Both the position numbers and the translations under genes were made by a program. The notes below the pieces were generated by a model. That model had not been told where the DNA came from. It saw only the letters and a list, made by a program, of their open reading frames with translations, and did not search any database. DNA of 64,000 bases from Salinispira sp. Its GTDB lineage: Bacteria; Spirochaetota; Spirochaetia; DSM-27196; Salinispiraceae. Position 1 is the first letter of the stretch. The number at the start of each line of letters is the position of its first letter. Where the stretch lies: contig CBDDDG010000021.1 in assembly GCA_965226555.1 (NCBI GenBank), positions 288,001 through 352,000 on the forward strand. The letters are read 5' to 3'. This document shows, piece by piece, positions 43,160 through 54,495 of this stretch.

Positions 43160-44308
43160 ATGGCGGAAAAAAATCCCTCAAGAAAGCCGGGAAAAAAACT
43201 AAGCAGCAAAACGAGCAAAACCAGCGGGCGCAAGCCAACGCGCAAACACGGGCGCAAGCCAACACTCAGCCCAACGCGCAAACACGGGCGCAAAGGAAGC
43301 GCGAGCAATGGCGACACGATAATACGGATACTTATTATCCTTGTCATCATCGTTCTCGCCGCTCTCTTATTCAGTCTCATTTTCAGCCCTGGATTTTTCG
43401 GATCAGAAACTGCTTCTGAACCCAATCCATACCCCGAACCGCAGATACCGCTGCCTGCCGATCCATCTGCCGAACAATACCCCGAACACATACCATTCTC
43501 CGAACAATATCCCGATCCCCAACCCAACGGCGATCAGCCGGCAGCAGAAAAATCAGCAGAAAATCAGCTGCCGAAAAAATCAGCAGAAAAATCAGCAGAA
43601 AATGCGCCGGCAGCAGAAAAACTACCCCCCGCCGGCGAAGTACCATTACTCATTATCGTCATCGATGATGTTGGCTATAATCTGGAAGATGTGGATGCCT
43701 TTCTTGAAATACCCATTCCTGTTACCTTTGCAGTTTTACCGCAGGTTACCTATTCCGATGAAGCAGCTGTCCACATAGCAGAAGCCGGACAGGAATTGAT
43801 CCTTCATCTTCCTATGGAAAGTAGAACCGGACAGTTCCCGGGCCCCGGAACCCTTACCGAGGAAATGTCCGATGCGGAATTAATGAATCTCATACAGGAA
43901 AACAGCCGTACTGTCCCGGGGATAGTCGGCATTAATAATCATATGGGGAGTAAGGGCAGCGAAGACAGGCGCATAGTATCTGCGGTACTTGAATTTGCGC
44001 AGCAGAATTCCCTGTTTTTTCTCGATTCCCGAACAACGGCGAACACTGTTATCCCTGAGCTCATTCCCGACTACGGCATAGCCTTTGCCGAACGAGATGT
44101 GTTTCTCGATAATAGCAAAATACGGAGCGACATTGCCGATTCGATGGAAACGGGAAAGAACGTTGCCCGGGAACAGGGCTATGCTGTTCTCATAGGGCAT
44201 GTCGGAACCCGTGAACTGGCTCAGTTTCTTTTGGAAGAATACAGCGGCATAATTTCTGAAGGTTTTGAGTTTGCGGCGCTCAGTAGTCTCTTTTCAGGAG
44301 AAAAATAA
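43160..44308 (+). CDS. Divergent polysaccharide deacetylase family protein, membrane-anchored
   Basis: IIVIDDVG, LHLPME, NNHMGS, FFLDSRT, RDVFLDN and LIGH motifs. Confidence 0.88.
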   Translation: MAEKNPSRKPGKKLSSKTSKTSGRKPTRKHGRKPTLSPTRKHGRKGSASNGDTIIRILIILVIIVLAALLFSLIFSPGFFGSETASEPNPYPEPQIPLPADPSAEQYPEHIPFSEQYPDPQPNGDQPAAEKSAENQLPKKSAEKSAENAPAAEKLPPAGEVPLLIIVIDDVGYNLEDVDAFLEIPIPVTFAVLPQVTYSDEAAVHIAEAGQELILHLPMESRTGQFPGPGTLTEEMSDAELMNLIQENSRTVPGIVGINNHMGSKGSEDRRIVSAVLEFAQQNSLFFLDSRTTANTVIPELIPDYGIAFAERDVFLDNSKIRSDIADSMETGKNVAREQGYAVLIGHVGTRELAQFLLEEYSGIISEGFEFAALSSLFSGEK

Positions 44309-45372
44309 TGCTGATTCTCGGCATAGAAACCTCATGCGATGAATGTTCCTGCGCTCTTGTTCGGGATGGCCGCGCAATTATCTCCCACATTGTTGCTACG
44401 CAGATGCGTTTTCATCGGCCCTATAAAGGAGTGGTGCCGGAAATAGCAGCCCGTAAACACATTGAAATGATTCTTCCGGTATTTGAGCACTGTATGAGAG
44501 AGGCGGAAGAACAGGGAATTACTCTTTCCGAAATTGATGGTATAGGTGTTACGTCCTGCCCGGGGCTCAGCGGCAGTCTGGCGGTCGGGCTGGGCTTTGC
44601 CAAGGGGCTTGCGCTCACATTACAGCGGCCATTTATTGGTATAAACCATATACTGGCGCATTTTTATGCGCCGCGCATGGGTTCCGACATACCGTATCCT
44701 CATTTGGGTTTGTTGGTATCGGGAGGGCATACGATCATTTCAAAAATAATGGACTATGATGATCTGGAAATTCTGGGAACGACCATCGATGATGCCTGCG
44801 GAGAGGCCTTCGATAAGGTGGCCAGACATTTTGATCTTGGGTATCCCGGCGGAAAAATTATTGATGACTTAGCAAAAAAAGGGAACGATACGGCATTTAC
44901 CTTTCCCTTTGCCAACTTATCCAAGCGGGGAAAGAACTATGCTGTTTCATATTCAGGTCTTAAAAATGCTGTTATTAATCAACGGGATCGGTTTTGGGAC
45001 GGTAAAAGTACACAGAGTGTCGAAAACATTTGCGCCAGCTTTCAGCGTGTGGCAATTGACAGTGTATTACGAAAACTTGATCAGGCAGTCAACGATACCG
45101 GTCTGAAAACAGTGGTTGTGGGGGGCGGGGTTGCCGCAAACAGTTATCTTCGCATGGCTCTTGGTTCCCGTCATGGCGATCATCGTGAATCCCGTTCGGA
45201 ATCTCGCCCGGAATTTCGGCGCGGCTATCGGGCATATTTTCCTTCACTGAAATTGTGTACCGACAATGGCGCCATGGTCGCAGGCCTTGCATATCATTAC
45301 CTGAAAAACGGTAAAACCAGCGCCATGGATCATGGAGTATCTGCCCGTGTTAATGCCTTCCGATTTCAGTAG
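44308..45372 (+). CDS. tsaD: tRNA N6-threonylcarbamoyltransferase
   Basis: LGIETSCDE, VSGGHT, DDACGEAFDKVA, GGVAANS and CTDNGAM. Confidence 0.96.
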   Translation: MLILGIETSCDECSCALVRDGRAIISHIVATQMRFHRPYKGVVPEIAARKHIEMILPVFEHCMREAEEQGITLSEIDGIGVTSCPGLSGSLAVGLGFAKGLALTLQRPFIGINHILAHFYAPRMGSDIPYPHLGLLVSGGHTIISKIMDYDDLEILGTTIDDACGEAFDKVARHFDLGYPGGKIIDDLAKKGNDTAFTFPFANLSKRGKNYAVSYSGLKNAVINQRDRFWDGKSTQSVENICASFQRVAIDSVLRKLDQAVNDTGLKTVVVGGGVAANSYLRMALGSRHGDHRESRSESRPEFRRGYRAYFPSLKLCTDNGAMVAGLAYHYLKNGKTSAMDHGVSARVNAFRFQ

Positions 45373-45450
45373 GCAGTGAGCGGGGGCGGCGGCATCAGCG
45401 CAAGCATCACAGGCCGTAATGCCTTCCGATTTCAGTAGGCAGTGAGCGGG
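45351..45450 (+). repeat. 34-bp direct repeat of the tsaD 3' end
   Basis: TAATGCCTTCCGATTTCAGTAGGCAGTGAGCGGG at 45351-45384 and 45417-45450. Confidence 0.9.
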
Positions 45451-45548
45451 AAAAAGTGTAATATGAAGAAGTGTCGTAAGATGCGCTGTTGTTTATGGCA
45501 TATCGAACTGACCCTGAGCATCGGGTCAGATACATACTGGGAGCTATT

Positions 45549-46079
45549 ATGGACCTGAAAACATTCGATGAGGCGATCCGGCGAATTTGGAATTTCCCCA
45601 AACCAGGGATCAATTTTTATGACATTACCAGTGTCCTTGGCAATGCGGAGGCTTTCCGATTCACTATTGATCGTATTACTCAATGGAGCGGGGAATTACA
45701 GGTAGATGTTGTTGTTGGTGTGGAAGCCAGAGGATTTATTTTTGCGGCGCCGGTGGCTGAGAAGAGGGGTATTCCGCTGATACTTGCCCGAAAGAAGGGT
45801 AAGCTCCCCGGTGAGGTGTGGTGCCAGGATTATGATCTGGAATATGGGGTAGATGCAATTTGTATTCAGAAGTCGGATATCCCCGAAGGCAGCAGGGTAC
45901 TCCTCGTTGATGATCTTATTGCAACTGGAGGAACATTTAAGGCAACGGCGGCAATTGTTGAGAAGAAAATGCATTCTACCGTCGCAGGATTCACTGCGGT
46001 CATCGGACTTCCTGCCCTTGGCTATGAGAAAGTTTTAACAACTGCGCCCATCTATACGATCATTAATTTCACGCAGTGA
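45549..46079 (+). CDS. apt: Adenine phosphoribosyltransferase
   Basis: FPKPGINFYDIT, EARGFIF, RKKGKLP and LLVDDLIATGGT. Confidence 0.95.
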   Translation: MDLKTFDEAIRRIWNFPKPGINFYDITSVLGNAEAFRFTIDRITQWSGELQVDVVVGVEARGFIFAAPVAEKRGIPLILARKKGKLPGEVWCQDYDLEYGVDAICIQKSDIPEGSRVLLVDDLIATGGTFKATAAIVEKKMHSTVAGFTAVIGLPALGYEKVLTTAPIYTIINFTQ

Positions 46080-46224
46080 AATTTTTGCAGTGAAAGTTTT
46101 GCTCCTGGAAATTGCGTAAGCAATTTTCCGAGGCAAAACTTTCTATGATGAGAGAATCCTCATTGGAAAATTGTGCAGAGCACAATTTTTGCAGTAAATA
46201 CATGGATACGCGCGCCGATGAAAA

Positions 46225-46253
46225 TTGACAGAGCCGCGGTTTTCTGCTATCGT
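46225..46253 (+). promoter_or_regulatory. Sigma70-type promoter of tRNA-Gln
   Basis: TTGACA-17-TATCGT with an extended TG. Confidence 0.7.
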
Positions 46254-46264
46254 TTGCGCATTAT

Positions 46265-46336
46265 TTCCCGGTGGTGTAATTGGTAACACTACAGATTCTG
46301 GTTCTGTCGTTGGGGGTTCAAGTCCTCCCCGGGAAG
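46265..46336 (+). tRNA. tRNA-Gln(CTG)
   Basis: Acceptor TTCCCGG/CCGGGAA; anticodon arm ACAGA-TTCTGGT-TCTGT. Confidence 0.93.
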
Positions 46337-46442
46337 ATCATTGAAACTTTTGCATTGGAAAATTCTGCTTGCACAATTTCCAGTAACAAAATTTTCTCAT
46401 TGTGTTTTTAATTTCTGAAAGCTACTTCGGGAGGGGCAGAGC

Positions 46443-47654
46443 TTGAGAGAACGAGTATGGTTAGTCCTCGCAGATGGCGAGGTTTTCAAAGGGAGGGGAT
46501 TCGGACATCCCGCTCCCTTTGCCGATAGTCTTGGAAAGAATGATTATGCCGGTATCGGCGAGGTCGTATTTAATACTGCGATGGTCGGATATCCTGAAGT
46601 TCTTACCGATCCATCGTACACAGGGCAAATTGTTGCCATGACCTATCCGCACATCGGTAACTATGGCGTGAATGAGGCATGGAGCGAAAGCGGCCCGACC
46701 GGCACTTCTCATGCGGATCGGCGTCCGGTAAAGGTTGCCGGTTTCATACTTCGAAAACTCTATCCCGGACCTATTCCCGCAGGACGGCAGACCCTGCATG
46801 CCTACCTCCATGAACATTCCATACCCGGTATCAGTGATGTTGATACCCGATCCCTCACATTACGGCTCAGGAAACAGGGAAGTATAAACGGTATTCTTGT
46901 TCAATCCGGCAATTCTTTTCTCAGTGAATCTGAACTGTCTGCTGCGCTGAACTGTCTGAATACCTTTCCGTCCATGGAGGGCCGTAATCTTCTTTCCGCG
47001 GTCGGCAGCCGTGAAATTGTTCCTCCATCCGCATTCTCCGCCCCCGCCGCCGTTTCAGCCGCCGCCGACACCGACCGAAACAATGCCGATATCAGTCTTG
47101 CTCTGTACGATTGCGGGATCAAGGCGAACATTATCCGTGAATTTAAGAACATTTCCTGCGTGCCGACAGTGTATCCGTCAACAGCCTCAGTTTCGGAAAT
47201 CCTTGCCGGAAATCATCACGCGCTCATGGTTTCAAACGGCCCCGGCGATCCTCAAACGCTGGATTATCAAATTCAGACGGTAAAAAAACTTATCGGAAAA
47301 ATTCCCATATTCGGTATTTGTCTCGGACATCAGATTATTGCTGAGGCACTCGGAGCAAAAATTTACAAAATGAAGTTCGGGCATCACGGCATTAACCATC
47401 CGGTTCGCGATGAACGGAGTAAGAAGGTATTTGTTACCAGTCAGAATCACGGGTTTGCGGTGGATGAGGGGAGCCTGCCGGCTTCTACAGAGATCTGGTT
47501 CAGAAATGCGAACGACCAGAGTAATGAAGGCATTAGAAATGATGATCTTGCAGTGTTAAGTGTTCAATTTCATCCTGAAAGCGCTCCGGGGCCATATGAT
47601 TCCCGTTGGATATTTACGGAATTTCTCACTGCTATTCCGATGAAAACTTCATAA
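46443..47654 (+). CDS. carA: Carbamoyl-phosphate synthase small subunit
   Basis: GEVVFNT, LTDPSY, SNGPGDP, GICLGHQ and QFHPE. Confidence 0.96.
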   Translation: MRERVWLVLADGEVFKGRGFGHPAPFADSLGKNDYAGIGEVVFNTAMVGYPEVLTDPSYTGQIVAMTYPHIGNYGVNEAWSESGPTGTSHADRRPVKVAGFILRKLYPGPIPAGRQTLHAYLHEHSIPGISDVDTRSLTLRLRKQGSINGILVQSGNSFLSESELSAALNCLNTFPSMEGRNLLSAVGSREIVPPSAFSAPAAVSAAADTDRNNADISLALYDCGIKANIIREFKNISCVPTVYPSTASVSEILAGNHHALMVSNGPGDPQTLDYQIQTVKKLIGKIPIFGICLGHQIIAEALGAKIYKMKFGHHGINHPVRDERSKKVFVTSQNHGFAVDEGSLPASTEIWFRNANDQSNEGIRNDDLAVLSVQFHPESAPGPYDSRWIFTEFLTAIPMKTS

Positions 47655-47665
47655 AGGAAGCTGAT

Positions 47666-50600
47666 ATGCCCGCGAGAAAAGATATACAAAAAATACTTAT
47701 TCTGGGATCAGGCCCCATTGTCATTGGCCAGGCCTGCGAATTTGATTACTCAGGAAATCAGGCTGTCAGGGCGCTTAAAGAAGAAGGATATACTATTGTA
47801 CTTCTGAACCCCAACCCCGCCACCATAATGACAACCCCCGGCATAGCAGATGCAATTTACATGGATCCGCTTGAACTCGCCTATGTTGAAAAAATAATTG
47901 CGCATGAGAAGCCCGATGCGGTTCTGCCGACCATGGGCGGGCAAACAGCGCTGAACCTCGCTCTGGAAATGGAAAAAGCAGGGCTTTTCAAAAAGTATGA
48001 CATTGAACTTCTCGGGGCAAAGATCGAAAGCATTGAGCTTGCAGAGGACCGCGGCAAGTTCAAAATTCTTATGAACAGCATTGGACTCGAAAGCGCCCGC
48101 TCGGTAATTGCATCTGATCTCCATACCGCCCTGAGCTTTGCCGAAAAACAAGGCCTTCCCCTTATTGTTCGTCCAAGCTACACCTTGGGCGGAAAGGGCG
48201 GCAGCATAGTTGAGAAGAAGGAAGACCTTGTACCTGTTATTACCCGCGCCTTTGATGAAAGTCCTGTTCATCAGGCACTCATTGAGGAGAGCCTTCTGGG
48301 TTGGCAGGAATTTGAAATGGAAGTTATGAGAGATAGCGCGGATAATGCTGTTGTCATATGTTCCATTGAAAATGTTGATCCAATGGGAATACACACCGGC
48401 GATTCCATTACTGTTGCCCCTGTTCAAACGCTGTCGGATCAGGAATATCAGCGTATGCGCACAGCCTCCATTGCCATTCTCCGAGCGGTGGGTGTTGACT
48501 GCGGGGGATCGAACGTACAATTCGCGTATAATCCTGCGAATGGCCGTATGATTGTTATTGAAATGAACCCCCGGGTAAGCCGTTCCTCTGCGCTTGCCTC
48601 CAAGGCAACAGGTTTTCCCATTGCCCGCTGTTCCGCGAAACTTGCCGTTGGATATACGCTTGATGAGATTGTTAATGAAATTACCGGAAAAACAGTGAGT
48701 TGTTTTGAACCATCTCTCGATTATGCAGCGGTGAAAGTTCCCCGATTTGAATTGGAAAAATTCCCCCAGGGATATAATCAACTCGGTACGCAGATGAAGA
48801 GTGTTGGAGAATCTCTGGGGCTTGGCCGTTCATATAATGAGGCTCTGAACAAGGCTCTGCGCTCCTGTGAGCTCGGTGTTCAGGGGCTTGATGATCTCGA
48901 TACATACAGCGATGAGGAAGTAGACGATCTTATTTCCCGCCTTCATCCGAAGCGTATTTTTGCCGCGTACACAAAAATCCTGCGCGCCTGCCGTGCCGCA
49001 AATATCACCGCAACATCCACCGCAGACCCCGCCGATACCTCAGAGCTTCCTGAGTCCCTCCACAGAGTGATCCGTGAAATATCCGAAAAAAGCGGATACT
49101 CTCTCTGGGTTCTCTACAATATGTGTGAACTGGCGAAGATTGAACAGCACATTACGACAGAATTGAATCCAGACATTATGCTGGAAGCCAAACGATCCGG
49201 ACTCTCTGATGAACGTATTGCCACACTCAGGGGCTGCGGCAGTGAGGATATAGGGAAATATCGGGAAGAGAACAACATTCATGCCTGCTATCATTTTGTC
49301 GATACCTGCTCGGGTGAATTTGAAGCCGAAACGCCCTATTTCTATTCAAGCTGGGGAGAAATAAATGAAGCAGCGCCCCTCGGAAACAATGCGGTTATCA
49401 TTCTGGGTTCCGGGCCAAACCGGATTGGCCAGGGACTTGAGTTTGATACCTGCTGTACGCTTTCAAGCCTGAGTTATCAGAAACGCGGAAAGAAAACCAT
49501 TATCATTAATTCAAACCCGGAAACAGTCTCCACCGATTTTAACGTTTCCGACCGGCTCTACATGGAGCCCCTTGTTTTTGAAGACGTAAAGGAAATTCTG
49601 AACACTGAAAGTGTGCGGGATATTATTGTACAGCTTGGCGGCCAAACGCCATTGAATATGGCAAGGCAGTTGCATGAATGGGGCGCGCGCATTGTCGGAA
49701 CATCCATTGAGAACATTGAACACGCTGAAGATCGGAAATTTTTCTCTGAATTTCTCAGAAAAATCGGTCTGCGGCAACCTGAGAACCGCAGCGCGACACA
49801 TCTTGATCAGGTCGAAAAATGTGCCGAGGAAATTGCCTATCCGGTACTTCTGCGCCCGAGTTATGTTCTCGGGGGACGCAGTATGGTCATTGCCTTCAAT
49901 AAAGAGGAAGTGAAGGGATTTTTAAAGCAGGATATCAATGTCAGCCCGGAGAAACCGATCCTTGTGGATAAATTTTTAGAAGACGCCTTCGAGTATGATG
50001 TCGATGCCATCTGTGACGGTGAATGTGTGTATATTGCGGGAATCATGCAGCATATTGAATCGGCAGGTATACATTCAGGCGATTCAGGCTGCATATTCCC
50101 CCCGTACAAAACAAGCCCTGAAATGGAAAAAGAAATAATTGATGCGACAGTTCGTATTGCTCTTGGAATTGAGATAAACGGTTTTCTCAACATTCAATTT
50201 GCCGTCAAAGATCATGTACTGTTTGTTCTCGAAGTAAACCCCCGCGCCAGCCGTACTGTTCCATTCATTTCCAAGGCCAGCGGCATCAATCTTGTTGAAT
50301 CGGCGGTACGCATCTGGGAAGGGCAGAATTTGAGGGAGCAAGGTCTTGTAGCAAAAGATTCGATATATGGCATTGGTACATGTCAGACAGGATGGGCAGT
50401 TAAAGAGGCCATGTTCAGTTTTGACCGCTTTCACAACATTGATCCCCTGCTGGGCCCGGAAATGAAATCGACGGGGGAAGTTATTGGTCTCGGCAGCAGT
50501 TTCGGAGAAGCATTTGCCAAGGCAACTCTTGCTACAGGAACACGGCTTTCGCTCAGGGGCTGCGCCTTTGTTTCAGTTCATGATGCCGATAAGGAAGCGA

Positions 50601-50947
50601 GTATCGCCATTGTGAAAGACCTTGTTGAGCTGGGTTTTGAGATAATGGCAAGCAGGGGAACAGCTGAGTATCTCTTTAAGGCAGGTATTCTATCCGCTGT
50701 TGTATTGAAGCACTATGAGGGGCATCCAAATGCCATAGACTATCTTGAGGCGGGAAAAATTGATCTTATTATCAATACGCCGCTGGGCCGCTTTACTCAG
50801 GCTGAGGATACTGTGTTTCGCATCACGACAATGCGGTACAAGGTGCCGTATACAACAACTATCTCAGCAGCTCAGGCAATGGTCGAAGCTATACGATATC
50901 TGAAGAAAGGGAAGGTGAGTGTTCAATCACTTCCGCAGAATGCCTGA
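47666..50947 (+). CDS. carB: Carbamoyl-phosphate synthase large subunit
   Basis: [37 protein letters not shown] and EVNPRASRT. Confidence 0.97.
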   Translation: MPARKDIQKILILGSGPIVIGQACEFDYSGNQAVRALKEEGYTIVLLNPNPATIMTTPGIADAIYMDPLELAYVEKIIAHEKPDAVLPTMGGQTALNLALEMEKAGLFKKYDIELLGAKIESIELAEDRGKFKILMNSIGLESARSVIASDLHTALSFAEKQGLPLIVRPSYTLGGKGGSIVEKKEDLVPVITRAFDESPVHQALIEESLLGWQEFEMEVMRDSADNAVVICSIENVDPMGIHTGDSITVAPVQTLSDQEYQRMRTASIAILRAVGVDCGGSNVQFAYNPANGRMIVIEMNPRVSRSSALASKATGFPIARCSAKLAVGYTLDEIVNEITGKTVSCFEPSLDYAAVKVPRFELEKFPQGYNQLGTQMKSVGESLGLGRSYNEALNKALRSCELGVQGLDDLDTYSDEEVDDLISRLHPKRIFAAYTKILRACRAANITATSTADPADTSELPESLHRVIREISEKSGYSLWVLYNMCELAKIEQHITTELNPDIMLEAKRSGLSDERIATLRGCGSEDIGKYREENNIHACYHFVDTCSGEFEAETPYFYSSWGEINEAAPLGNNAVIILGSGPNRIGQGLEFDTCCTLSSLSYQKRGKKTIIINSNPETVSTDFNVSDRLYMEPLVFEDVKEILNTESVRDIIVQLGGQTPLNMARQLHEWGARIVGTSIENIEHAEDRKFFSEFLRKIGLRQPENRSATHLDQVEKCAEEIAYPVLLRPSYVLGGRSMVIAFNKEEVKGFLKQDINVSPEKPILVDKFLEDAFEYDVDAICDGECVYIAGIMQHIESAGIHSGDSGCIFPPYKTSPEMEKEIIDATVRIALGIEINGFLNIQFAVKDHVLFVLEVNPRASRTVPFISKASGINLVESAVRIWEGQNLREQGLVAKDSIYGIGTCQTGWAVKEAMFSFDRFHNIDPLLGPEMKSTGEVIGLGSSFGEAFAKATLATGTRLSLRGCAFVSVHDADKEASIAIVKDLVELGFEIMASRGTAEYLFKAGILSAVVLKHYEGHPNAIDYLEAGKIDLIINTPLGRFTQAEDTVFRITTMRYKVPYTTTISAAQAMVEAIRYLKKGKVSVQSLPQNA

Positions 50948-50968
50948 TGCGATATGAACTGATGCGAT

Positions 50969-51766
50969 ATGAATGTTGATTCAGCCTTGAAAATTTTACA
51001 TGTTTCGGAAGCGGCTACCTATGATGAGGTCAATGCCTCATATCGCAGGCTCCTCAAGGAATATCACCCCGATAAAAATCGGGAACGCAGCGAATGGTCC
51101 CATAGAATGACCATTCGGCTCACTGAAGCATTCAAGGCGGTAAGCGCTCATCTCCGGAAAAAACCGGAAAAAATCATATCCGATAAGTTTACCGAACCCA
51201 ATTCAGGGTATGGTCTCTATAGTCTCTCCATGCAGGCCCGTATTGCCGCTCTCTACGACAGCTTACTTGAGCATCTTTACAAATACTATTCTGAAGGAAT
51301 GCATAATCTGTATCTCCGTGAAGAGGGAACGCTCCGGCAGCATTACAAGCTTACCCTGCGCCGGATGGAACAAACAATACATGATTTGCGGGGCACGCAG
51401 AAATGGCAGGGAAGCGCGCATCAACATCATCAGGCAAAAATTATTACCAATTTTGCTATTTCGTTTTATGAAAATATGCGTATAAAACCTCGGAAACAGG
51501 AAGTCGGAACTCATCTCAATCTCAAAGCAGAGAAACTTTACAATGCCGGCACATTGGCGCTCGATACATCAATAAAACGGGGAATGCTGACACTTGAACA
51601 CATACAGGGTCTCATATGCCCCGCAGCCCGATACCAAGCAGAACAGAATTTCATTCTGCTTCTGACCAAATACTATGATAGCCCCTATGTTTCTGATACT
51701 CTGGTGAAATTGTCACTGCTGAAAGTCTTTTCGGCATTGTGCGAACAGCTTGAAACATCTCTCTAG
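50969..51766 (+). CDS. J-domain protein
   Basis: N-terminal YRRLLKEYHPDKN (HPD motif). Confidence 0.8.
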   Translation: MNVDSALKILHVSEAATYDEVNASYRRLLKEYHPDKNRERSEWSHRMTIRLTEAFKAVSAHLRKKPEKIISDKFTEPNSGYGLYSLSMQARIAALYDSLLEHLYKYYSEGMHNLYLREEGTLRQHYKLTLRRMEQTIHDLRGTQKWQGSAHQHHQAKIITNFAISFYENMRIKPRKQEVGTHLNLKAEKLYNAGTLALDTSIKRGMLTLEHIQGLICPAARYQAEQNFILLLTKYYDSPYVSDTLVKLSLLKVFSALCEQLETSL

Positions 51767-51844
51767 TTTCTCATATCACGAGCAGGCAGACACGAAAACG
51801 CTGACAAAAACCGGCAGAAAACCAACAGAAAACCGGAATTTTCC

Positions 51845-54463
51845 TCAGCCCTGATCTTCGTTCTTCAGATTCATCTGGGCTATTGCAAGCTTTGCAATGG
51901 GTATTCCATACGGTGAAACAGAAACATAATCCAGTCCGGTTTCGGCAATAAAGTCAATGTTCCGTGGTTCGGCGCCATGTTCTCCGCAAAGACCGAGTTT
52001 AAGATCGGGTCGGGTCATCCTTCCTCGAAGTGTTGCGATGCCAATAAGCGATTGTATCTGAGGCTGCAATACCTGAAAGGGATTATCAGGAAGAATGTCA
52101 AGTTCTGTATAGTCTGAAAAGAAGGTATTGAAGTCATCACGCGATAAGCCGTAGGTTGTCTGAGTAAGATCATTCGTGCCGAATGAGAAAAAATCGGCGT
52201 ACTTGGAAATTTCCGAAGCATCAAGGGCAGCAGCAGGGAGTTCAATCATCGTTCCGACAAGGTAGTCGAGTTTGCCGCTTTTATATTTCTTTCTTACTGT
52301 TTCTTCAATTTCTGCAATACTGAGAATGGTTTTTCCTTCCATACGCTTTCCGTTTCGCATGACCTTAAGTTCATGTTTATTCATTATGAGGGGTATCATA
52401 ATTTCAGGACGGGGATCTTTCCCTTCTTTTTTCAGTTGATACGCAGCTTCAAAAATCGACTTTATCTGCATCTGATAAATTTCAGGATATGACATGGCAA
52501 TGCGAACACCGCGATGTCCAAGCATGGGATTAAACTCATCAAGCAATTCAGTCCGTTCAGCAATGGCAGCGGAGGTGAGACCAACTCCATCGGTTTTAGC
52601 CTGCTTCACAAAATTCTGCATGGCGGTTTTACCGTGAGGCAGGAATTCATGGAGCGGGGCATCAAGGAGCCGGATGGTTACCGGGAAGGAATCCATTATT
52701 TTAAAGAGCCGGTAAAAATCCTGGGTCTGATCTTTTGCAAGGCTATCCAGAATTTTAATACGCATTTTTTTATCTTCTGTGAAAATCATATAACGGAAAC
52801 GATTAATTCTCGATTCATCGAAGAACATATGTTCGGTTCTGCACAGACCAATTCCATGAGCATTGAATTTTTTTGCAAGTTCCGCATCCCGCGGCTGATC
52901 TGCATTAGCATGCACATCCATATTCCCGATATGATTCTGCACAACTTCAAGAAATTCAAGAAGTCCGCTGTCTTCCAATACTGGTTTGGTAAGTGCTCCC
53001 TTACCGATATAGAGCATGGGTTCCTCATAATAGGGAACATTCATGGTCAGATAATCGCCTTCTTTAATAGTTTGTTCGCCTATTATCATGGAATTTTTTT
53101 TGAAAACGGCATTCGGCAGTACAAGGGCAACCTTTCCAAGACTGCGGGCAACCACCGGCGCATGGGAAGCATATCCCCCCTCCGAGGTGAGTACTCCCTG
53201 AGCGAGTTCAATGGCCTTAACATCTCCGGCAAAGGTGGAGGGCATGGCCAGTATCATATGTGTGTCGTCTCCGGCAAGTTGGGCCTGACGGTAGGCAGTA
53301 ACGAGGTTTTCAGCATTAAAATAAACCTTTCCTATGGCGGCGCCTATGGCTCCTGCAATACCTCCCTGCTGTTCGTCAAATTTTTTTACGGAATTTAGGT
53401 CAAGAACAGAGTGAAGAATTTCGGAGATCCGTCCGGGTTTAACTTTTTTGATGATGTAGCGTGAATCAATGACCTTTTCCTGAAGCAGATCAAGGAGGGT
53501 CTTAATTTCAGCCTGAGCTGATTTATTGGGGACAGATGACTGATCAACCAACCATAGTTTCTCGGCTTCAATAGCAAAACGCACCCAGCGCAATTCCTTA
53601 TAATAATACTCAAGCTTTCGCGCAAGTTCCTTCAATATTTTTGTGTTTTTTTCATCAAGTTTACTTATGTCCCTTCCCTTAGTGGATTTTTCATCGTATG
53701 ATTCGGGAAAAAATTCTCCTTGGAGTGTATGTTTTCCGCTTATGATGTGGTGTGTGTAGAAGTATCCGGTAGCACTTTTTTCCTGCATGTTTCCATAGAC
53801 CATTGCCTGAACCATGAGAGCAGAATCGTTCGTTGTCGGGCTTTTTTGAAATACTTTATGGAATTGTTGGATTATGTACTCAAGTTGAAAAAATGGGTTG
53901 GTATAGAATTTTTCAGGGAGAACATCCGTAAAAGATTCAATGGACCTGGTAATACCTGCCTTTGACCTTGTCTTTGCCAGCGCCCTAGCATAGGCCTCAA
54001 TTCTGGAAGTTTCTGATGTATCATCACATATAATATTATTCAGTTTTAGTATGCAATTAATAAGATAGGCATATTCTCCATATGCGAATTTTTCATTGGT
54101 TATCTGCGCAATGGCTTCCACTGCGTCAGTGGTGAGTCCAACATGATGAATTGACGGAAGAGCACTTTGAATGTTGAGCATGGGACTTTCAACAATTTTC
54201 AGCAGGAGCAGATTATTCTTGTGACCATAGCCCTTACCCATAATTTTTTCGATCTGGGTGATGGCCTTTTTTGTTGGATCAAGCATATCCTTGGGTGTAT
54301 CGACAAAGGCCTGTGCCATTTCGGGAGTGATAATAAAACCCGGACAGATCGGCATATCAAGTTCCGCAAGGAAAACTGCCCTGATTCCACGGCTGCCAAG
54401 GATATCCCGATGCTTCAGGGCATCACTGTTTTTTGCGCATCCAAATGAAATAGGTGTACTCAT
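51845..54463 (-). CDS. ppdK: Pyruvate phosphate dikinase-like protein with a divergent N-terminal domain
   Basis: SHAPVVAR, GIGLCRTEHMF, NPMLGHRG, FSFGTNDLTQ and GLCGEHG. Confidence 0.8.
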   Translation of the reverse strand: MSTPISFGCAKNSDALKHRDILGSRGIRAVFLAELDMPICPGFIITPEMAQAFVDTPKDMLDPTKKAITQIEKIMGKGYGHKNNLLLLKIVESPMLNIQSALPSIHHVGLTTDAVEAIAQITNEKFAYGEYAYLINCILKLNNIICDDTSETSRIEAYARALAKTRSKAGITRSIESFTDVLPEKFYTNPFFQLEYIIQQFHKVFQKSPTTNDSALMVQAMVYGNMQEKSATGYFYTHHIISGKHTLQGEFFPESYDEKSTKGRDISKLDEKNTKILKELARKLEYYYKELRWVRFAIEAEKLWLVDQSSVPNKSAQAEIKTLLDLLQEKVIDSRYIIKKVKPGRISEILHSVLDLNSVKKFDEQQGGIAGAIGAAIGKVYFNAENLVTAYRQAQLAGDDTHMILAMPSTFAGDVKAIELAQGVLTSEGGYASHAPVVARSLGKVALVLPNAVFKKNSMIIGEQTIKEGDYLTMNVPYYEEPMLYIGKGALTKPVLEDSGLLEFLEVVQNHIGNMDVHANADQPRDAELAKKFNAHGIGLCRTEHMFFDESRINRFRYMIFTEDKKMRIKILDSLAKDQTQDFYRLFKIMDSFPVTIRLLDAPLHEFLPHGKTAMQNFVKQAKTDGVGLTSAAIAERTELLDEFNPMLGHRGVRIAMSYPEIYQMQIKSIFEAAYQLKKEGKDPRPEIMIPLIMNKHELKVMRNGKRMEGKTILSIAEIEETVRKKYKSGKLDYLVGTMIELPAAALDASEISKYADFFSFGTNDLTQTTYGLSRDDFNTFFSDYTELDILPDNPFQVLQPQIQSLIGIATLRGRMTRPDLKLGLCGEHGAEPRNIDFIAETGLDYVSVSPYGIPIAKLAIAQMNLKNEDQG

Positions 54464-54495
54464 GCTGTCGGTCTCCTCATCTTTATGACGATGTA

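Noticed and set aside
47750..53398. Long antisense ORFs (47750-48781, 52514-53398)
   Set aside because: They lie opposite carB and the ppdK-like gene and are explained by codon bias on the coding strand.
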